Notes under the pieces: model-generated
Told to the model about the DNA's origin: nothing
Database searches by the model: none
Seen by the model: only the letters and a program-made list of their open reading frames with translations
From: an uncultured Bacillales bacterium
GTDB lineage: Bacteria > Bacillota_I > Bacilli_A > RF39 > UBA660
Direction: 5' to 3'
Assembly: GCA_902477075.1 (NCBI GenBank)
Contig: CABSFU010000001.1
Span: 94,555 to 158,554, forward strand
Length of the DNA: 64,000 nt
Shown here: in pieces, positions 29,520 to 39,827 of the stretch
Numbering within the stretch: the stretch's first letter is position 1
Layout: the number at the start of each line of letters is the position of its first letter
Program-made: the position numbers and the translations under genes

Positions 29520-31319
29520 ATGAGTAATTTACAACTTCCGTTATGTTCTGTTTTATTAAGCTTGATATTATTAATTTTATATTATTCAAAAGATAATATA
29601 AACAATACGGAAACTAAGATTTTTGGTAATATTTTAATGACACAATTTATTGGCTCATTAGCTGAATTTATTATTTATCTTTTGGCATATGTTTTTTACA
29701 ATGAACTAATTATAATATTTCTAAATAATATAGTATGTATATCATATTGTATATGGTCTTTTCTATTTTGTATATATATCTATTATATATCTCTTGATAA
29801 TACAAAAGGGTATATCAATAGTATTAAAAAAGCTATGATTGCTAATGTTATTGTATTTATATTAATTATAATTTCACCTATTGTATTGATTAATGAAGAT
29901 GGTATGATGTATTCATCTGGTTTAAAACCAACAATAACATATATATATTGTTTAATTTGGTTTGTTCTAGCTATTATAGTTTGGTTCTGTAATATTAAAA
30001 ATTTTAAAAATATAAAATATGCTCCTTTATATTTCTTTTATGGTGTAGCAGTATTAATATTTATAATAAGAGTGGTAGATCCAAGTATATTAATAATATC
30101 GTTAGCACTAACTCTTATTAATTTAGTAATGTATCATACAATAGAAAACCCAGATATTAAAATGTTAAGAGAATTCCATAAACAAAGAGAATTAGCGAAT
30201 GAATCTAATCAAGAAAAAACATCATTCTTATTTAATATGTCTAATCAAATTAAAGAACCAATTTTAGCCATTTCAAATATCAGTGGAGAAGCATTACTGG
30301 AAGATAATATGGAAGAAGTAAAAGAAGATTTAAGAAGAATAAAATCTTCATCAAATGAATTATTACAATTAGTAAATGATGTATTAGATATTTCAGATAT
30401 AGAAAAAAGGAAAATAGGTATTAGAGAAGTTAAATATAATGTTTATCATTTATTTGAAGTATTAAATAAAAACTTTAGTAAAAATGTAAGTAAAAAAATA
30501 GAATATCGTTTTCATTTTGATAAAAGTATTCCAGAATATTTATATGGAGATTCTATCCGTATTAAACAAGTAATGAATATTTTATTAGAAAATGCTTTGG
30601 AATATACCAACGAAGGATTTATAGAAGTAAATGTTAATTATGTTATAAAACATGATGTATGTAGATTAATTATTACAGTAGAAGATTCAGGACTAGGAAT
30701 GAGTGTTGATGAAATAAAACATTTATTTGATAAAGAAAAAATATATAGTGATGAATTATTAAAAGAAGTAGATGATACTAAAAATAATTTAGGTGTATTA
30801 AAATCAATTATTAATTTAATGAATGGTAATATACTAGTAAATAGTGAAATAGGAAAAGGAAGTAAATTTACTATTATAATTGATCAAAAAATAAAAGAAG
30901 AAAAAACAAAAATAATTGAAACAGTAGAACAATATGAAGAGATGTATGAAAATAAAGAAAAAATATTGTTAGTAATCAATCATAAAGAACTTAGCAAAAA
31001 AATAAATAAGATGTTTAAAAAAGATACTTATGAAATAGAAGAAGTAACTGGTGGACAAGCTTGTTTAGAAAAAATAAGAAAAAATGAAAAATTTGATTTA
31101 ATTATAATGGAAGAAGATTTAGAAAAATTAAGTAGTGAAGATACCTTAATAAAATTAAAAGATACATCTGGTTATAAAATACCAGTAATCTTAATTAGCA
31201 ATAACAAAGGATTTGGAGCTAAAGAAATGTATCAAGAAAAAGGATTTAAAGATGTATTATTTTTACCACTTAAAAAAGAAGAAGTTTTAAAACAAGTAGA
31301 AGAATATATTAAAGATTAA
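29520..31319 (+). CDS. membrane-bound hybrid histidine-kinase-like protein (6 TM + HisKA-like + HATPase_c + REC-like) with both phospho-acceptor residues substituted
   Basis: The H-box reads FLFNMSNQIKEP, so His is replaced by Asn. N, G1 (DSGLGM) and G2 (GKGSKF) boxes are present. The receiver reads LLVINH...FDLIIMEED, so the acidic pair DD is replaced by IN and the phospho-Asp by Glu. Confidence 0.55.
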   Translation: MSNLQLPLCSVLLSLILLILYYSKDNINNTETKIFGNILMTQFIGSLAEFIIYLLAYVFYNELIIIFLNNIVCISYCIWSFLFCIYIYYISLDNTKGYINSIKKAMIANVIVFILIIISPIVLINEDGMMYSSGLKPTITYIYCLIWFVLAIIVWFCNIKNFKNIKYAPLYFFYGVAVLIFIIRVVDPSILIISLALTLINLVMYHTIENPDIKMLREFHKQRELANESNQEKTSFLFNMSNQIKEPILAISNISGEALLEDNMEEVKEDLRRIKSSSNELLQLVNDVLDISDIEKRKIGIREVKYNVYHLFEVLNKNFSKNVSKKIEYRFHFDKSIPEYLYGDSIRIKQVMNILLENALEYTNEGFIEVNVNYVIKHDVCRLIITVEDSGLGMSVDEIKHLFDKEKIYSDELLKEVDDTKNNLGVLKSIINLMNGNILVNSEIGKGSKFTIIIDQKIKEEKTKIIETVEQYEEMYENKEKILLVINHKELSKKINKMFKKDTYEIEEVTGGQACLEKIRKNEKFDLIIMEEDLEKLSSEDTLIKLKDTSGYKIPVILISNNKGFGAKEMYQEKGFKDVLFLPLKKEEVLKQVEEYIKD

Positions 31320-31392
31320 AATATATTCTTTTTTGTTGTAATTTACAACTTATTATATAAATGTTATAATACTTTACGAAAGAGATGATGTT

Positions 31393-32493
31393 ATGAGTTT
31401 ACAAGCAGGTATAGTAGGTTTACCAAATGTCGGTAAATCAACATTATTTAATGCCATTACAAAGAAAAATATTTTAGCAGCAAATTATCCATTTGCGACA
31501 ATTGATCCAAATGTAGGAATTGTTACAGTTCCAGATAAAAGACTAGAATTTTTAGAAAATTTATATTTACCTAAAAGCTTAGTGCCAACAACTTATGAAT
31601 TTACAGATATTGCAGGTTTAGTAAAAGGTGCTTCTAATGGGGAAGGACTTGGAAATAAGTTTTTAAGTCATATAAGAGAAGTAGACGCTATTGTAGAAGT
31701 AGTAAGATGTTTTCAGGATACGAACATTATTCATGTAGAGGGCAATGTAGATCCTGTTAGGGATATTGAAATCATTAATGTAGAGTTGATGCTATCTGAC
31801 CTAGAAATTGTAGAAAACAGAATGAACAAAATAGGAAAAAAAGCAGCTATGACAAAAGATAAAGAAGCAGCTTTGGAAGTAGAAGTTTTAAATAAAATAA
31901 AAGATTCATTAGAAAAAAATATTCCTCTAAGAAGAGTAGGATTTACGGAAGCGGAAGAAAAAATTATTAAAAATTTTCATTTTTTAACAATAAAACCAAT
32001 TATTTATATGGCTAATGTTAGTGAAGAAGATTTGTTAACAGATGGTAATGAATATGTTGAAAAAGTCAAAGAATATGCTAAAGGTGAAAATGCAGAGGTT
32101 GTAGTAGTATCAGCAAAAATTGAAAGTGAATTAGTAGAATTAAGTGATGAAGATAAAATAGAATTTCTACAAGATTTAGGAATTAAAGAGAGTGGATTGG
32201 ATAAATTGATTAAAGCTACATATGATTTATTAGGCCTTGCTACATATTTTACAGCAGGTAGTGATGAATGTAGAGCTTGGACCTTTAAGAAAGGAATGAA
32301 AGCGCCTGAATGTGCAGGTATTATCCACAGTGATTTTGAACGCGGGTTTATTAAGGCAGAAATTATGAGTTACGAAGATTTAGAAAAATATGGTTCGGAA
32401 GTAAAAGTAAAAGAAGCTGGAAGAATGCGTTTAGAAGGAAAAGAATATATTATGCAAGATGGAGATATCTGTCATTTTAGATTTAATGTATGA
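31393..32493 (+). CDS. ychF: ribosome-binding ATPase YchF
   Basis: GIVGLPNVGKST and a C-terminal TGS domain. Confidence 0.9.
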   Translation: MSLQAGIVGLPNVGKSTLFNAITKKNILAANYPFATIDPNVGIVTVPDKRLEFLENLYLPKSLVPTTYEFTDIAGLVKGASNGEGLGNKFLSHIREVDAIVEVVRCFQDTNIIHVEGNVDPVRDIEIINVELMLSDLEIVENRMNKIGKKAAMTKDKEAALEVEVLNKIKDSLEKNIPLRRVGFTEAEEKIIKNFHFLTIKPIIYMANVSEEDLLTDGNEYVEKVKEYAKGENAEVVVVSAKIESELVELSDEDKIEFLQDLGIKESGLDKLIKATYDLLGLATYFTAGSDECRAWTFKKGMKAPECAGIIHSDFERGFIKAEIMSYEDLEKYGSEVKVKEAGRMRLEGKEYIMQDGDICHFRFNV

Positions 32494-33224
32494 TAAGAGA
32501 ATTTTTTCTTGATGAAGTAGTTGGTATACCATTTCACTTATTTGGTATCATTCATTTTGGGTGTTTAGCAATTTTAATTTTTCTGTTGATAGCTATTTAT
32601 AGAAACAGAAATAAAATTAAACAAATAAAAAATAAAAAGAAAATTAAAATAGCGATATTTGTTCTTTTAATGAGCAATATGTTAATATGGTATGGAAGCT
32701 ATATTTATTATGGAATTTATGATATTAGAATTCATTTGCCATTACATTTTTGTTTTATTGCTGGAAACTTATTTATGTTATATTTGATAACTGGTTGGAA
32801 ATCTTTATATAAAGTTACTTTCTTTTTTACTTTTATTGGACCACTTCCCGCCGTTCTTTTTCCAGACTTGGTTAGTAGTTTTGATGCTTATATATTTTAT
32901 CAATATTTCATTAGTCATCATTTATTAATGGTATTTAGTTATTTTACCTTTTATATGGATGATATCACAATTACTTATAAAGATGCAGTTAAAACATTTA
33001 TTTGGGGGAACATTCTTTTTATAACGATGATGAATGTAAATGAAATATTTGGAACCAATTATATTATGTCAAAAAAATTACCAGATCATATTTATGAATT
33101 ATTTCCAATTTTTCAAACAATTCACCCATTTATTATTTTAGAAATAACTGGTATAATAGTGGTGTTAATGTTGATGATACCAGTTAACATTAAAAATAAG
33201 GAGGATAGATATGGTTCAAAATAA
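32490..33224 (+). CDS. polytopic membrane protein, hypothetical
   Basis: Hydrophobic throughout. Confidence 0.4.
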   Translation: MIREFFLDEVVGIPFHLFGIIHFGCLAILIFLLIAIYRNRNKIKQIKNKKKIKIAIFVLLMSNMLIWYGSYIYYGIYDIRIHLPLHFCFIAGNLFMLYLITGWKSLYKVTFFFTFIGPLPAVLFPDLVSSFDAYIFYQYFISHHLLMVFSYFTFYMDDITITYKDAVKTFIWGNILFITMMNVNEIFGTNYIMSKKLPDHIYELFPIFQTIHPFIILEITGIIVVLMLMIPVNIKNKEDRYGSK

Positions 33225-33849
33225 TTATTCAAAAGTATTCATGTGGATGTTCATAGGATTACTTGTTACTTTCGCAACTGGTTACTTTGTATCAACAAAC
33301 GAAAATATGTTATTAGCAGTTTTTAGTGGTTGGTATTTTTTCCTTGTTATTGCGGAGTTTGCAGTTGTTATCTTTTTAACAGCTAGAATTCATAAAATGA
33401 GTGAAACAACAGCTAAAATATCATTTATTTTATACTCGTTTTTAACAGGATTGACTTTTTCTTGTGTATTTGTGGCATTTGATATTACATCTATTATGTA
33501 TGCATTTCTTATTAGTTCCCTTTTATTTGGCATTTTCGCTTTAATAGGTGCATTTACCAAAATTGACTTAAGCAAACTAAGTACGATTTTATTAATGTTA
33601 CTAGTTGGCATTATTCTTTGTACTTTGGTTAATATGTTTATTGGAAGTGAATCATTTAATTTTGCTTTATGTATTATTGGATTAGTAGTATTCATGTTAT
33701 ATGTAGCTTATGATATGCAAAAAATAAAGCAATTAGCTGAAATCTATGATGGTGATAAATTAGCAATCATTGGTGCATTAGAATTGTATTTAGATTTTAT
33801 TAATATTTTCTTAAGATTATTAGAATTATTTGGAAGAAATCGAGATTAA
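33211..33849 (+). CDS. BAX-inhibitor-1/YccA-family membrane protein
   Basis: YSKVFMWMFIGLLVTFATGYF N-terminus typical of the BI-1 family; 7 TM segments; ~212 aa. Confidence 0.5.
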   Translation: MVQNNYSKVFMWMFIGLLVTFATGYFVSTNENMLLAVFSGWYFFLVIAEFAVVIFLTARIHKMSETTAKISFILYSFLTGLTFSCVFVAFDITSIMYAFLISSLLFGIFALIGAFTKIDLSKLSTILLMLLVGIILCTLVNMFIGSESFNFALCIIGLVVFMLYVAYDMQKIKQLAEIYDGDKLAIIGALELYLDFINIFLRLLELFGRNRD

Positions 33850-33863
33850 ATACATATGATATA

Positions 33864-33892
33864 AAAAAGCTTTACATTTCAAAGCTTTTTTG
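33864..33892 (+). terminator. rho-independent terminator
   Basis: AAAAGCTTTACATTTCAAAGCTTTTTT. Confidence 0.6.
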
Positions 33893-33964
33893 TTATAATC
33901 TTTTACGAGTAATTATTTACTCCTTGCTAAGAAATTAGCCATAAGACCAAAAGGAGGTGTAGAC

Positions 33965-34255
33965 ATGAAAAACTATGAAATTATGTTTATCGTTAGACCT
34001 ACATTAGGAGAAGATGAAATTAAAAAAGTTATTGAAAACTTTGGAAAAATCTTAACTGATAATGGTGCTAAAATTGTAGACAAAAAAGATATGGGTCAAA
34101 GAGAATTAGCTTATGAAATTAAAAAATTTAAAAGCGGTTATTACTATCTTTACGAAGTTGAAGCAAATGATGACAAAGCCATTAAAGAATTTGATCGTTT
34201 AGCTTTAATTAGTAGTGATATCGTTCGTCACTTAATCACAAAAATCGAAAAATAG
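33965..34255 (+). CDS. rpsF: 30S ribosomal protein S6
   Basis: MKNYEIMFIVRP signature. Confidence 0.85.
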   Translation: MKNYEIMFIVRPTLGEDEIKKVIENFGKILTDNGAKIVDKKDMGQRELAYEIKKFKSGYYYLYEVEANDDKAIKEFDRLALISSDIVRHLITKIEK

Positions 34256-34270
34256 AAGTGAGGTATTCAT

Positions 34271-34741
34271 ATGAATAGAGTAATGTTAATAGGAAGATTA
34301 ACTGCTAAACCAGAGCTTAGATATACAGGATCTAATATCCCATATGCTAGATTTTCGATTGCTATTAATCGTACATTTAGTAATAGTCAAGGTCAAAGAG
34401 AAACAGATTTTATCAACATAATTATTTGGAGAAAACAAGCAGAAAATGTTTGTAATTTCTTAGATAAAGGTAGTTTAGTTTCTGTTGAGGGTAGACTACA
34501 AACAAATACTTATGATGATAAAGATGGAAATAAAAGATATTCAATGGATGTAGTAGCTGATAGTGTTCAATTCTTAGAATCAAGAAGTCAAGCACAAAGC
34601 AGACAAAGTTCTAGTTATAATGAACCAAGCGTAACACCATATGATTATCAAAATGAACCAACAAATAGTGTGAGTGTGGATAATGATCCATTTGCTGATT
34701 TTGGTGATAGTGTATCAATTGATGATAGCTTCCTAGATTAG
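34271..34741 (+). CDS. ssb: single-stranded DNA-binding protein
   Basis: MNRVMLIGRLT OB-fold N-terminus and acidic C-terminal tail DDSFLD. Confidence 0.85.
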   Translation: MNRVMLIGRLTAKPELRYTGSNIPYARFSIAINRTFSNSQGQRETDFINIIIWRKQAENVCNFLDKGSLVSVEGRLQTNTYDDKDGNKRYSMDVVADSVQFLESRSQAQSRQSSSYNEPSVTPYDYQNEPTNSVSVDNDPFADFGDSVSIDDSFLD

Positions 34742-34757
34742 AAAAGGAGGAAAAAAC

Positions 34758-34976
34758 ATGGCAGAATTTTATAGAAAAAAGAAAAAAATTTGTCAAATGT
34801 GTGCTGGTAAATCTGTAGATTATAAAGATGCAGAAATTATTAAAAAATATGTAAGTGCTGATAAAGGTAAAATTTTACCTAGAAGAGTAACAGGCGCTTG
34901 TTCTAAACATCAAAGACATATTGCTAATGAAGTTAAAAAAGCACGTTTTATGGCAATTTTACCATTCGTAAAATAA
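34758..34976 (+). CDS. rpsR: 30S ribosomal protein S18
   Basis: Conserved rpsF-ssb-rpsR operon. Confidence 0.85.
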   Translation: MAEFYRKKKKICQMCAGKSVDYKDAEIIKKYVSADKGKILPRRVTGACSKHQRHIANEVKKARFMAILPFVK

Positions 34977-34997
34977 GGATTATTCCTTATTTTTTTT
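34972..34997. terminator. bidirectional hairpin terminator between rpsR (+) and mscL (-)
   Basis: ATAAGGATTATTCCTTAT flanked by an A-run on one side and a T8 run on the other. Confidence 0.55.
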
Positions 34998-35012
34998 GAT
35001 ATAAAAAAAGAT

Positions 35013-35408
35013 TTACTTTTTATTTTTAAGTAAATCCCTAATTTCTTCTAATAATAGAACCTCATTGCTTTTAACAGGTTGAATTTTAGGCTGCTCTTTT
35101 TCTTTATGTAATTTATTCATAATTTTAACAAAGACAAAAATGCAGAAAGCAACAATTAAAAAATCAACCACATTTTGAATAAAATTTCCGTAAGATATCA
35201 CAGCGTCTTTAATTTTGAAAGAAAGAGAAGTAAAATCAAGTCCACCTAAGATAGTTCCTATTATTGGCATTAAAATATCATTTACAAGTGAAGAAACGAT
35301 TTTGCTAAAACTACTACCAATGATAACACCAACAGCTAAATCCAATACATTTCCTTTTGAAATAAACTCTTTAAATTCAGTTATAAAATTCTTAATAAAT
35401 TTTTTCAT
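35013..35408 (-). CDS. mscL: large-conductance mechanosensitive channel MscL
   Basis: [16 protein letters not shown]...MPIIG signature; RBS AAGGAGGAATATATG at 35408. Confidence 0.8.
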   Translation of the reverse strand: MKKFIKNFITEFKEFISKGNVLDLAVGVIIGSSFSKIVSSLVNDILMPIIGTILGGLDFTSLSFKIKDAVISYGNFIQNVVDFLIVAFCIFVFVKIMNKLHKEKEQPKIQPVKSNEVLLLEEIRDLLKNKK

Positions 35409-35608
35409 ATATTCCTCCTTGAGTATATTATACAATGTTTTACTCTTTTCTTTAGCAAAATTTTTATAAAAAATAACTATATTTGTAAAATAATTCTTGA
35501 ATTTCCATAAAATTGTATTGGTAATACTTGCAAAAAATTTAAAAAATTGTTATACTATACAAGTAAATTTCTATGACTTATCAAAGTTATGGCGAAAGGA
35601 GACTTATC

Positions 35609-35821
35609 ATGAAAAAAGGAATTCATCCAAATTACAATGAAACAAAAGTAACTTGTGCATGTGGTAATACTTTTACTGTTAAATCTAGTAAAGCAGAATT
35701 ACACTTAGAAACATGTAATAAATGTCATCCATTTTATACTGGAGAACAAGGAGCAGTTTCTAAAACAGGTAGAGTAGAAAAATTCAATAAAAAATATGGT
35801 TTTGATAAAAAAGCAGCTTAA
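35609..35821 (+). CDS. rpmE: 50S ribosomal protein L31
   Basis: MKKGIHPNY plus CxC...CxxCHPFYTG zinc motif; RBS AAAGGAGA. Confidence 0.85.
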   Translation: MKKGIHPNYNETKVTCACGNTFTVKSSKAELHLETCNKCHPFYTGEQGAVSKTGRVEKFNKKYGFDKKAA

Positions 35822-35939
35822 TTACTGATGTTATTGATTTAGAAAGATAGATTTTAAATTTCTATCTTTTTTAGTGTAGAAGTTAGAATGAGAATCAATT
35901 GAAGCAAAGGTACTTGAAAAAATTATTGTTATTTTGTAT

Positions 35940-36069
35940 AATGGATATAGATAAAAAATAGTAATATAGTTTACGTGTAGCAGTTAAATTTCATGTTTGC
36001 AATATGTAAACGGGGGGGGTATTTTAAAAATACTCTCTTTTTTGTTGCTATAAAAGGAAGGAGGAGGTT
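35940..36069 (+). promoter_or_regulatory. Conserved 5' leader of pilin-like gene copy 2 (G8 tract 36012-36019)
   Basis: Same conserved blocks as at 5640-5776 and 40495-40614. Confidence 0.45.
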
Positions 36070-36990
36070 ATGAAAAGAAAAGGATTTACGCTTATTGAAT
36101 TACTAGCTGTAATTGTAATATTATCAGTAATTACATTAATTACAGTACCAATGATAACCAGTGTAATAGAAGAAAGTAAAAAGAAAGCACTTGTATTTAG
36201 TGTACAAGGATTAATAGAATCCGCTAATTTATACGCTATCGAAAATGAAGGAGTGCATGAATTTTTATTTGATAAAGAACATCAAGGAAGTACCATAAAA
36301 GGAGAAAGTTTAGATTATAAAGGAAAAATAGAAGGAGAAGGGAAACTCTATATAGATAAAGAAGGAAATACGAGTATTTGTATTTCGAATGATACCTATT
36401 ATGTATATAAAAACTATAATAGTGAAATTATCATAGGAGAAAGAAGCAAAGATAATTGTAATATTGAATATGATGCTTTAACGAATAAATATGTAGCCTT
36501 TTTAGAAAGTACAGGAAGCGGAAGTAATGTATACTCCAAAGATGAAGTCAATAACTTAGTAGATAGTTTAGATACTAAAATAACAAATAATACTAGTGAA
36601 ATAACAAATCTAAAAAGTAATATCGAAGAGTTACAAAATAACTTAAATAATCTATCTAGCGTTGTTAATAATAATAAAGAAAAAATAGATAGTTTAAATA
36701 GCAAGTTAGTTAATGTAATCGTTAAAAATATATATAAAGAAACAAAATCATATTCAATAGTTAAAGGTGTAAATGTGGTGGTATTTGATATTCCACAAAT
36801 TGATGGGTATAAACCCATTATGTATGTAGCTAATGCTCATGCATGGTATCCTAACATAAGGCCATACGGTAATGAAAGCTCTCTAATATATGATAATGCA
36901 AGTAACATTGGTGTTTATTATTACTTTGATGCAGATTTTACACTTGATGGTGGTAATTTTAGTTGTACAGTATTATATATTACTGTTTAA
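36070..36990 (+). CDS. prepilin-type N-terminal domain protein (pilin-like), paralog 2
   Basis: MKRKGFTLIELLAVIVILSVITLITVPM; N-terminal ~200 aa shared with the other two paralogs; unique C-terminus. Confidence 0.6.
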   Translation: MKRKGFTLIELLAVIVILSVITLITVPMITSVIEESKKKALVFSVQGLIESANLYAIENEGVHEFLFDKEHQGSTIKGESLDYKGKIEGEGKLYIDKEGNTSICISNDTYYVYKNYNSEIIIGERSKDNCNIEYDALTNKYVAFLESTGSGSNVYSKDEVNNLVDSLDTKITNNTSEITNLKSNIEELQNNLNNLSSVVNNNKEKIDSLNSKLVNVIVKNIYKETKSYSIVKGVNVVVFDIPQIDGYKPIMYVANAHAWYPNIRPYGNESSLIYDNASNIGVYYYFDADFTLDGGNFSCTVLYITV

Positions 36991-37201
36991 TGTATATTTT
37001 GCAATGATAATGTAAGAGAACATTTTATATACATTATCATTTTTTATTGAAAAGATATCCATAATTTTTTTATCGTCAAATTTATCTTTATTTATCATTT
37101 TATTTTTCCTTTTACTATTTTATTAAAATAAAAAAATAAGGTTTATTAAGCTTAAAAATTTTTAAATAATAAGCAACCTTATGTATATATTGTGTAGTAT
37201 T

Positions 37202-38452
37202 TTACTTTATTTTTCTATAGATAGGTAGTAGTTTTTTATAAGAAAAATATAAAAATTTATGAATTACTAAATCAAATTCTCCAATAAATTCAGTATATTC
37301 TCCTCCAAATCTTTTTTTGAATGAGTGGATTCCAAAAATAGGATTGGATTTATCTGGATTTGCTATTCCACTTGTACCAAAGAAATCTACTATTTTGTAA
37401 CCTTCTTCATGTGCATCCTTAATAATTTGATAATATAGTAAATAATTAGAATTTAGCTCTCTTAAAATATTGCTATTGCCTCCATGAATGGTCCATACTT
37501 TATCTCCATATTTTACAGTAATAATAGATGAAAGTATAATATGTTCTTTTTCAATAGTATGAATGAAATCAATTTCTTTTTTTGTTTTATCAATTTTGTT
37601 AATCAAATCTTTTTTAATATTTTCTTGTTTTTCTTTATTTTTATATTTAGGATCATCTAAATTTTTAAGTTCTAATTCTAAATATTCCAAATTTTTTTCA
37701 TAAGTAATAATTAAATCATGAATGTCAACTTCTACAATATATAGATCACTCATATTTTGTTTATTTAAAATGGCATAAAAATTTTTATAATATTCCATTG
37801 GTGTTAAATGTAGGTGTTCTCTAACGGCTGTATCTTTCATTGTTTCATAAAATTTAGGAATATCTTCTATAGAACCTTTATACATATTTAAATGATATTG
37901 ATTTCCTTTATTTAAAATTTTCCTAGTAGTTGGATGAATATTTTTATAGATATCATCTAAGCTTTTATTAATATCTAATCTGAAAGTAAATCTAGGTTGC
38001 TCATTTACAAATTCTGTATTAAATCCTTTATGCTTATAACCTAGCATTTCTAAATAATCTACTACTTTTTCATGAGAATTTCCTAGTACATTTCCATCTT
38101 GATCCAAATCATGTAACTTTACATCAGGATCAATTTTTACAAACAAAGCTTTATTTTTTTTAGCAAACTTTTTAATATAATTAGTAAATGTATTTAGTAA
38201 TTTGTAATTACTATAATCCATTATATATCCTCTAGGGCAATAGAAATAGCAGTAATTTCCAATTAATTTTTTTTTGAGTAATAATGCAGTAGCAACTAAT
38301 TTATCATTTTCCTTTAATCCAACGTAATAAGGAGTAAAGTTTTTATATTTCATAATTTCACCAAAATAATGACTTTGCATGAAATGGGATTTATTGCTAT
38401 TTAAAACGAAATCTTCATACTCATTTATATCTATGTCTGTTATAAATTTCAT
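37202..38452 (-). CDS. FemAB-family peptidoglycan interpeptide-bridge aminoacyltransferase
   Basis: ~416 aa with two acyltransferase lobes and a central coiled coil; FemX/MurM-like. Confidence 0.7.
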   Translation of the reverse strand: MKFITDIDINEYEDFVLNSNKSHFMQSHYFGEIMKYKNFTPYYVGLKENDKLVATALLLKKKLIGNYCYFYCPRGYIMDYSNYKLLNTFTNYIKKFAKKNKALFVKIDPDVKLHDLDQDGNVLGNSHEKVVDYLEMLGYKHKGFNTEFVNEQPRFTFRLDINKSLDDIYKNIHPTTRKILNKGNQYHLNMYKGSIEDIPKFYETMKDTAVREHLHLTPMEYYKNFYAILNKQNMSDLYIVEVDIHDLIITYEKNLEYLELELKNLDDPKYKNKEKQENIKKDLINKIDKTKKEIDFIHTIEKEHIILSSIITVKYGDKVWTIHGGNSNILRELNSNYLLYYQIIKDAHEEGYKIVDFFGTSGIANPDKSNPIFGIHSFKKRFGGEYTEFIGEFDLVIHKFLYFSYKKLLPIYRKIK

Positions 38453-38561
38453 TATGAACCTCTTTTCTATCTTTTTTAAGTATATCCTTTATTTAAAGAA
38501 TAGTCAAATGATTCTCTTTTAAAAAAATGTAATTTATAGTATACTAATTATGGGTGATAAT

Positions 38562-39827
38562 ATGATAGAAAAATTAACGCCGGAAGAATTTAATGAATTT
38601 TCTAAAAACAGTAATCAAGGTACTTTTTTTCAATCTTCTTATTGGGGAGAATTAAAATCTTTTACAGGTTGGACTCACCATATGGTTGGGTTAAAAAAAG
38701 ATAATAAAGTAGTAGCAGCAACTCTTTTATTAGGAAAAAAAATTCCGTTACTTGGAAAATATATTTATTATGCACCAAGAGGTTTTTTGATAGATTATCA
38801 TGATAATGAACTTTTAGAATTGTTTGTTTCTAGTATGAAACAATATATCAAAAAAAATAAAGGAATTTTTATTAAAATTAATCCTTATGTAGAGTACCGA
38901 AAAAGGGATATTAATGGCGATATTATGAATGATGAAACAAATCAAAGTATTATCGATAAATTGATTGATTTAGGTTTTGTTCATAATGGTTTTACTATTA
39001 ATTATGGAATTGATTTAGAACCAAGATGGATTTCTGTTTTAGATTTAAAAGGAAAAACAGAAGAAGACATTTTATCTAATATGAGACAATCGACTAGATG
39101 GAGAGTGAATAATTCCTATAAACATGGTTTAGAATTAAATGAAATAGATGAATCTAGATTACCTGAATTTAAAAAGTTGATGGAACATACAGGGGAAAGA
39201 AGAGGGTTTATTGATCGACCTTTATCTTATTATCAAAAAATGTATGAAGCATTTAAAAAAGATGATAATATTAAAATTATGCTTGTCGATCTTAATATCG
39301 AAGATTATTTAACAAACTTAAAAAATCAGAAAAATGAATTAATGCTTAAAATAGCAGAAGTTAAAACAAAAAATATGACAACGCGTAATCAAAATTATTT
39401 AAATGAGTTACAAACTCAATTGAAATCATTAGATGAAAGAATTGAAATGTTGTACATTTTACTAGAAACAAAGGGTAAAGTAATTACAGTAGCGGGTGGT
39501 TTATTTATGACATTTGGAAAACAAGTAATTTCTTTATTTGGTGCTTCTTATCAGGAGTATATGAAATTTAATGGTCAATATTTTTTAAATTTTAAAATGA
39601 TAAAATATGCTTTAAATAATGGTTTTGAAAAATATAATTTTTACGGAATAACTGGCGAATTTAATGAAGATTCTCCAATGTTTGGATTATTTGATTTTAA
39701 AAGAGGATTTAATGCTGAAGTAGTTGAATTAATAGGAGAATTTACTTTAGTTACTAGAAAACTTAGTTATAAAGTTTATAGATTAATGTTGAAAATATAT
39801 CATAAATTAAAGAAAAGAGGAAAATAA
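38562..39827 (+). CDS. FemAB-family peptidoglycan interpeptide-bridge aminoacyltransferase (second copy, divergent)
   Basis: Paralogous to 37202-38452; RBS GGGTGA. Confidence 0.7.
   Translation: MIEKLTPEEFNEFSKNSNQGTFFQSSYWGELKSFTGWTHHMVGLKKDNKVVAATLLLGKKIPLLGKYIYYAPRGFLIDYHDNELLELFVSSMKQYIKKNKGIFIKINPYVEYRKRDINGDIMNDETNQSIIDKLIDLGFVHNGFTINYGIDLEPRWISVLDLKGKTEEDILSNMRQSTRWRVNNSYKHGLELNEIDESRLPEFKKLMEHTGERRGFIDRPLSYYQKMYEAFKKDDNIKIMLVDLNIEDYLTNLKNQKNELMLKIAEVKTKNMTTRNQNYLNELQTQLKSLDERIEMLYILLETKGKVITVAGGLFMTFGKQVISLFGASYQEYMKFNGQYFLNFKMIKYALNNGFEKYNFYGITGEFNEDSPMFGLFDFKRGFNAEVVELIGEFTLVTRKLSYKVYRLMLKIYHKLKKRGK

Noticed and set aside
35010-35036. Hairpin GATTTACTT...AAGTAAATC as the mscL terminator
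   Set aside because: It lies within the last codons of mscL, not downstream. The real terminator is the shared ATAAGGA/TCCTTAT hairpin at 34972-34997.
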